Assembly: GCA_002269645.1 (NCBI GenBank)
Contig: NIVC01000709.1
Span: 248,001-312,000 of the forward strand
Direction of reading: 5' to 3'
From: Macrostomum lignano
Lineage: Eukaryota
Length of the DNA stretch: 64,000 nucleotides
Both the position numbers and the translations under genes were made by a program. The notes beneath the pieces were generated by a model, which worked only from the letters and a program-made list of their open reading frames with translations, searched no databases and was not told the DNA's origin. Shown here piece by piece: positions 62,867 to 64,000 of this stretch. Each line of letters starts with the position of its first letter. The stretch's first letter is position 1.

Positions 62867-64000
62867 GATGCAGCAGTACTTTTACAGGCATAAAAGAGTC
62901 GATTAAAATATTGAGGCATATGTCGCACTGCTTCAATCGCTGAGTGATTGCAACTATGGAGAATTAAAGTGCTTTAGATGACATTGAAAAGGAGTCTATT
63001 TACTAAATATAATTCCGATTTTGGCATTAAACAAAGGGCTTGAAGTTCATTGAATGCTCCGGGTTTTTTGGTCTATTCGTAATTTGCTTTATTTCCTGCA
63101 AAAACCGTTTTTTATCTCGTCCGCATTCGGAGATATTTGGATAAGAATGACGGCGAGACTGCCCAGAATATTGCAATACAGTTACGCCACAGATTACTAG
63201 TCCATGATGATGATATCATAAGTTATCCTGCCCTAGGCCGTAGGCATATCGTTAGCATCAGTAAATAATCTGATTTAGGCCTATCAGGCTAGTATCTCCT
63301 GCTCCTGTAAATCTTCTAGACATTTTAGAGCGCCACTGGCCAGGGCCAGGCTTAGCCTTAGGCCCTACTTATGTTGGTGTGCTTTGTTCAAAAATGCCCA
63401 ACAATTGTGATTGTAATTGTGATCTGGGTTTTATGCGCCAGGAAGTAACAACTTGGCATGCCATAGCCTCTTTAGGCCTAATCTATTTTGGCCTAGGCCC
63501 TTATGTCTATGACTATGACCTAAACCAAAATTGGAGCCTAGGCCTAACTATAGGAAGCCTATGTATGTTTTGTATGAGGCTGAAGCCATAACATGTCATA
63601 TAGGACATAGGCCCTACTCCCTAGCCATTGGTAGGCCCATAGATGGTAGGTGGCAGGCCGGCCTAGGCTTAGGCCCTATGCTTTTTTTATAACCACACAG
63701 TACACAACACATAGTTAGGCCTAGATTTTGATGGCCTAGACCTACCTCATATTGCACCTTAGCCATAGCTGCTACCTGTACCATAGATTTTTAGATTTTT
63801 AAGGTTAAGTCTAACCCTTACCCTAGCCTAGCTAGCAATCTTCAAGTTTTGTTCGTTAAATTATTTTTTCAATGATTCCTGAACTATCTTCCTTAAGAGG
63901 CGTATTTATAGGCCTAATATTTATAATTTAATAGAGGCCTAGGCCTATACCAAATTTTTCATTAAATGTGCATTATTAGGTTTATTTAATTAAATTATTA

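Overview
Eukaryotic (metazoan) genomic DNA with GC-rich, Ala-rich exons, AT-rich intergenic tracts and a minisatellite in most long introns and several 3' flanks. This looks like a free-living flatworm such as Macrostomum; that assignment is inference from composition only. Genes I could splice by hand: two tandem C-type lectin+PAN paralogs (+), a FAX/metaxin-like GST (-), an 11-exon ALG8 (+), an RWD/UBC-like + RING-H2 gene (+), an MDC1-like FHA-BRCT2 gene (+), a GT31 beta-1,3-galactosyltransferase (+), and a head-to-head pair of secreted proteins, SP-PAN-ALK/LTK-type glycine-rich (-) and SP-PAN-PAN-fibrinogen (+). Mobile DNA: an apparently intact 4.2-kb Mutator element (about 490-bp TIRs, 9-bp TSD), a disrupted piggyBac, Mutator-, Harbinger- and hAT-type MITEs, and two tRNA-derived SINE copies. 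Several genes carry 1-2 nt indels in homopolymers or dinucleotides, which look more like long-read consensus errors than real decay. Best leads: (1) the MDC1-like ORF has no in-frame ATG before its FHA domain but has an in-frame splice acceptor, so a spliced-leader AUG could supply the start within a same-strand, operon-like run; (2) PAN domains are joined to three different partner domains in four secreted proteins; (3) minisatellites share a core motif within a gene, and some are seeded by MITEs. No database searches were run; repeat boundaries are approximate.
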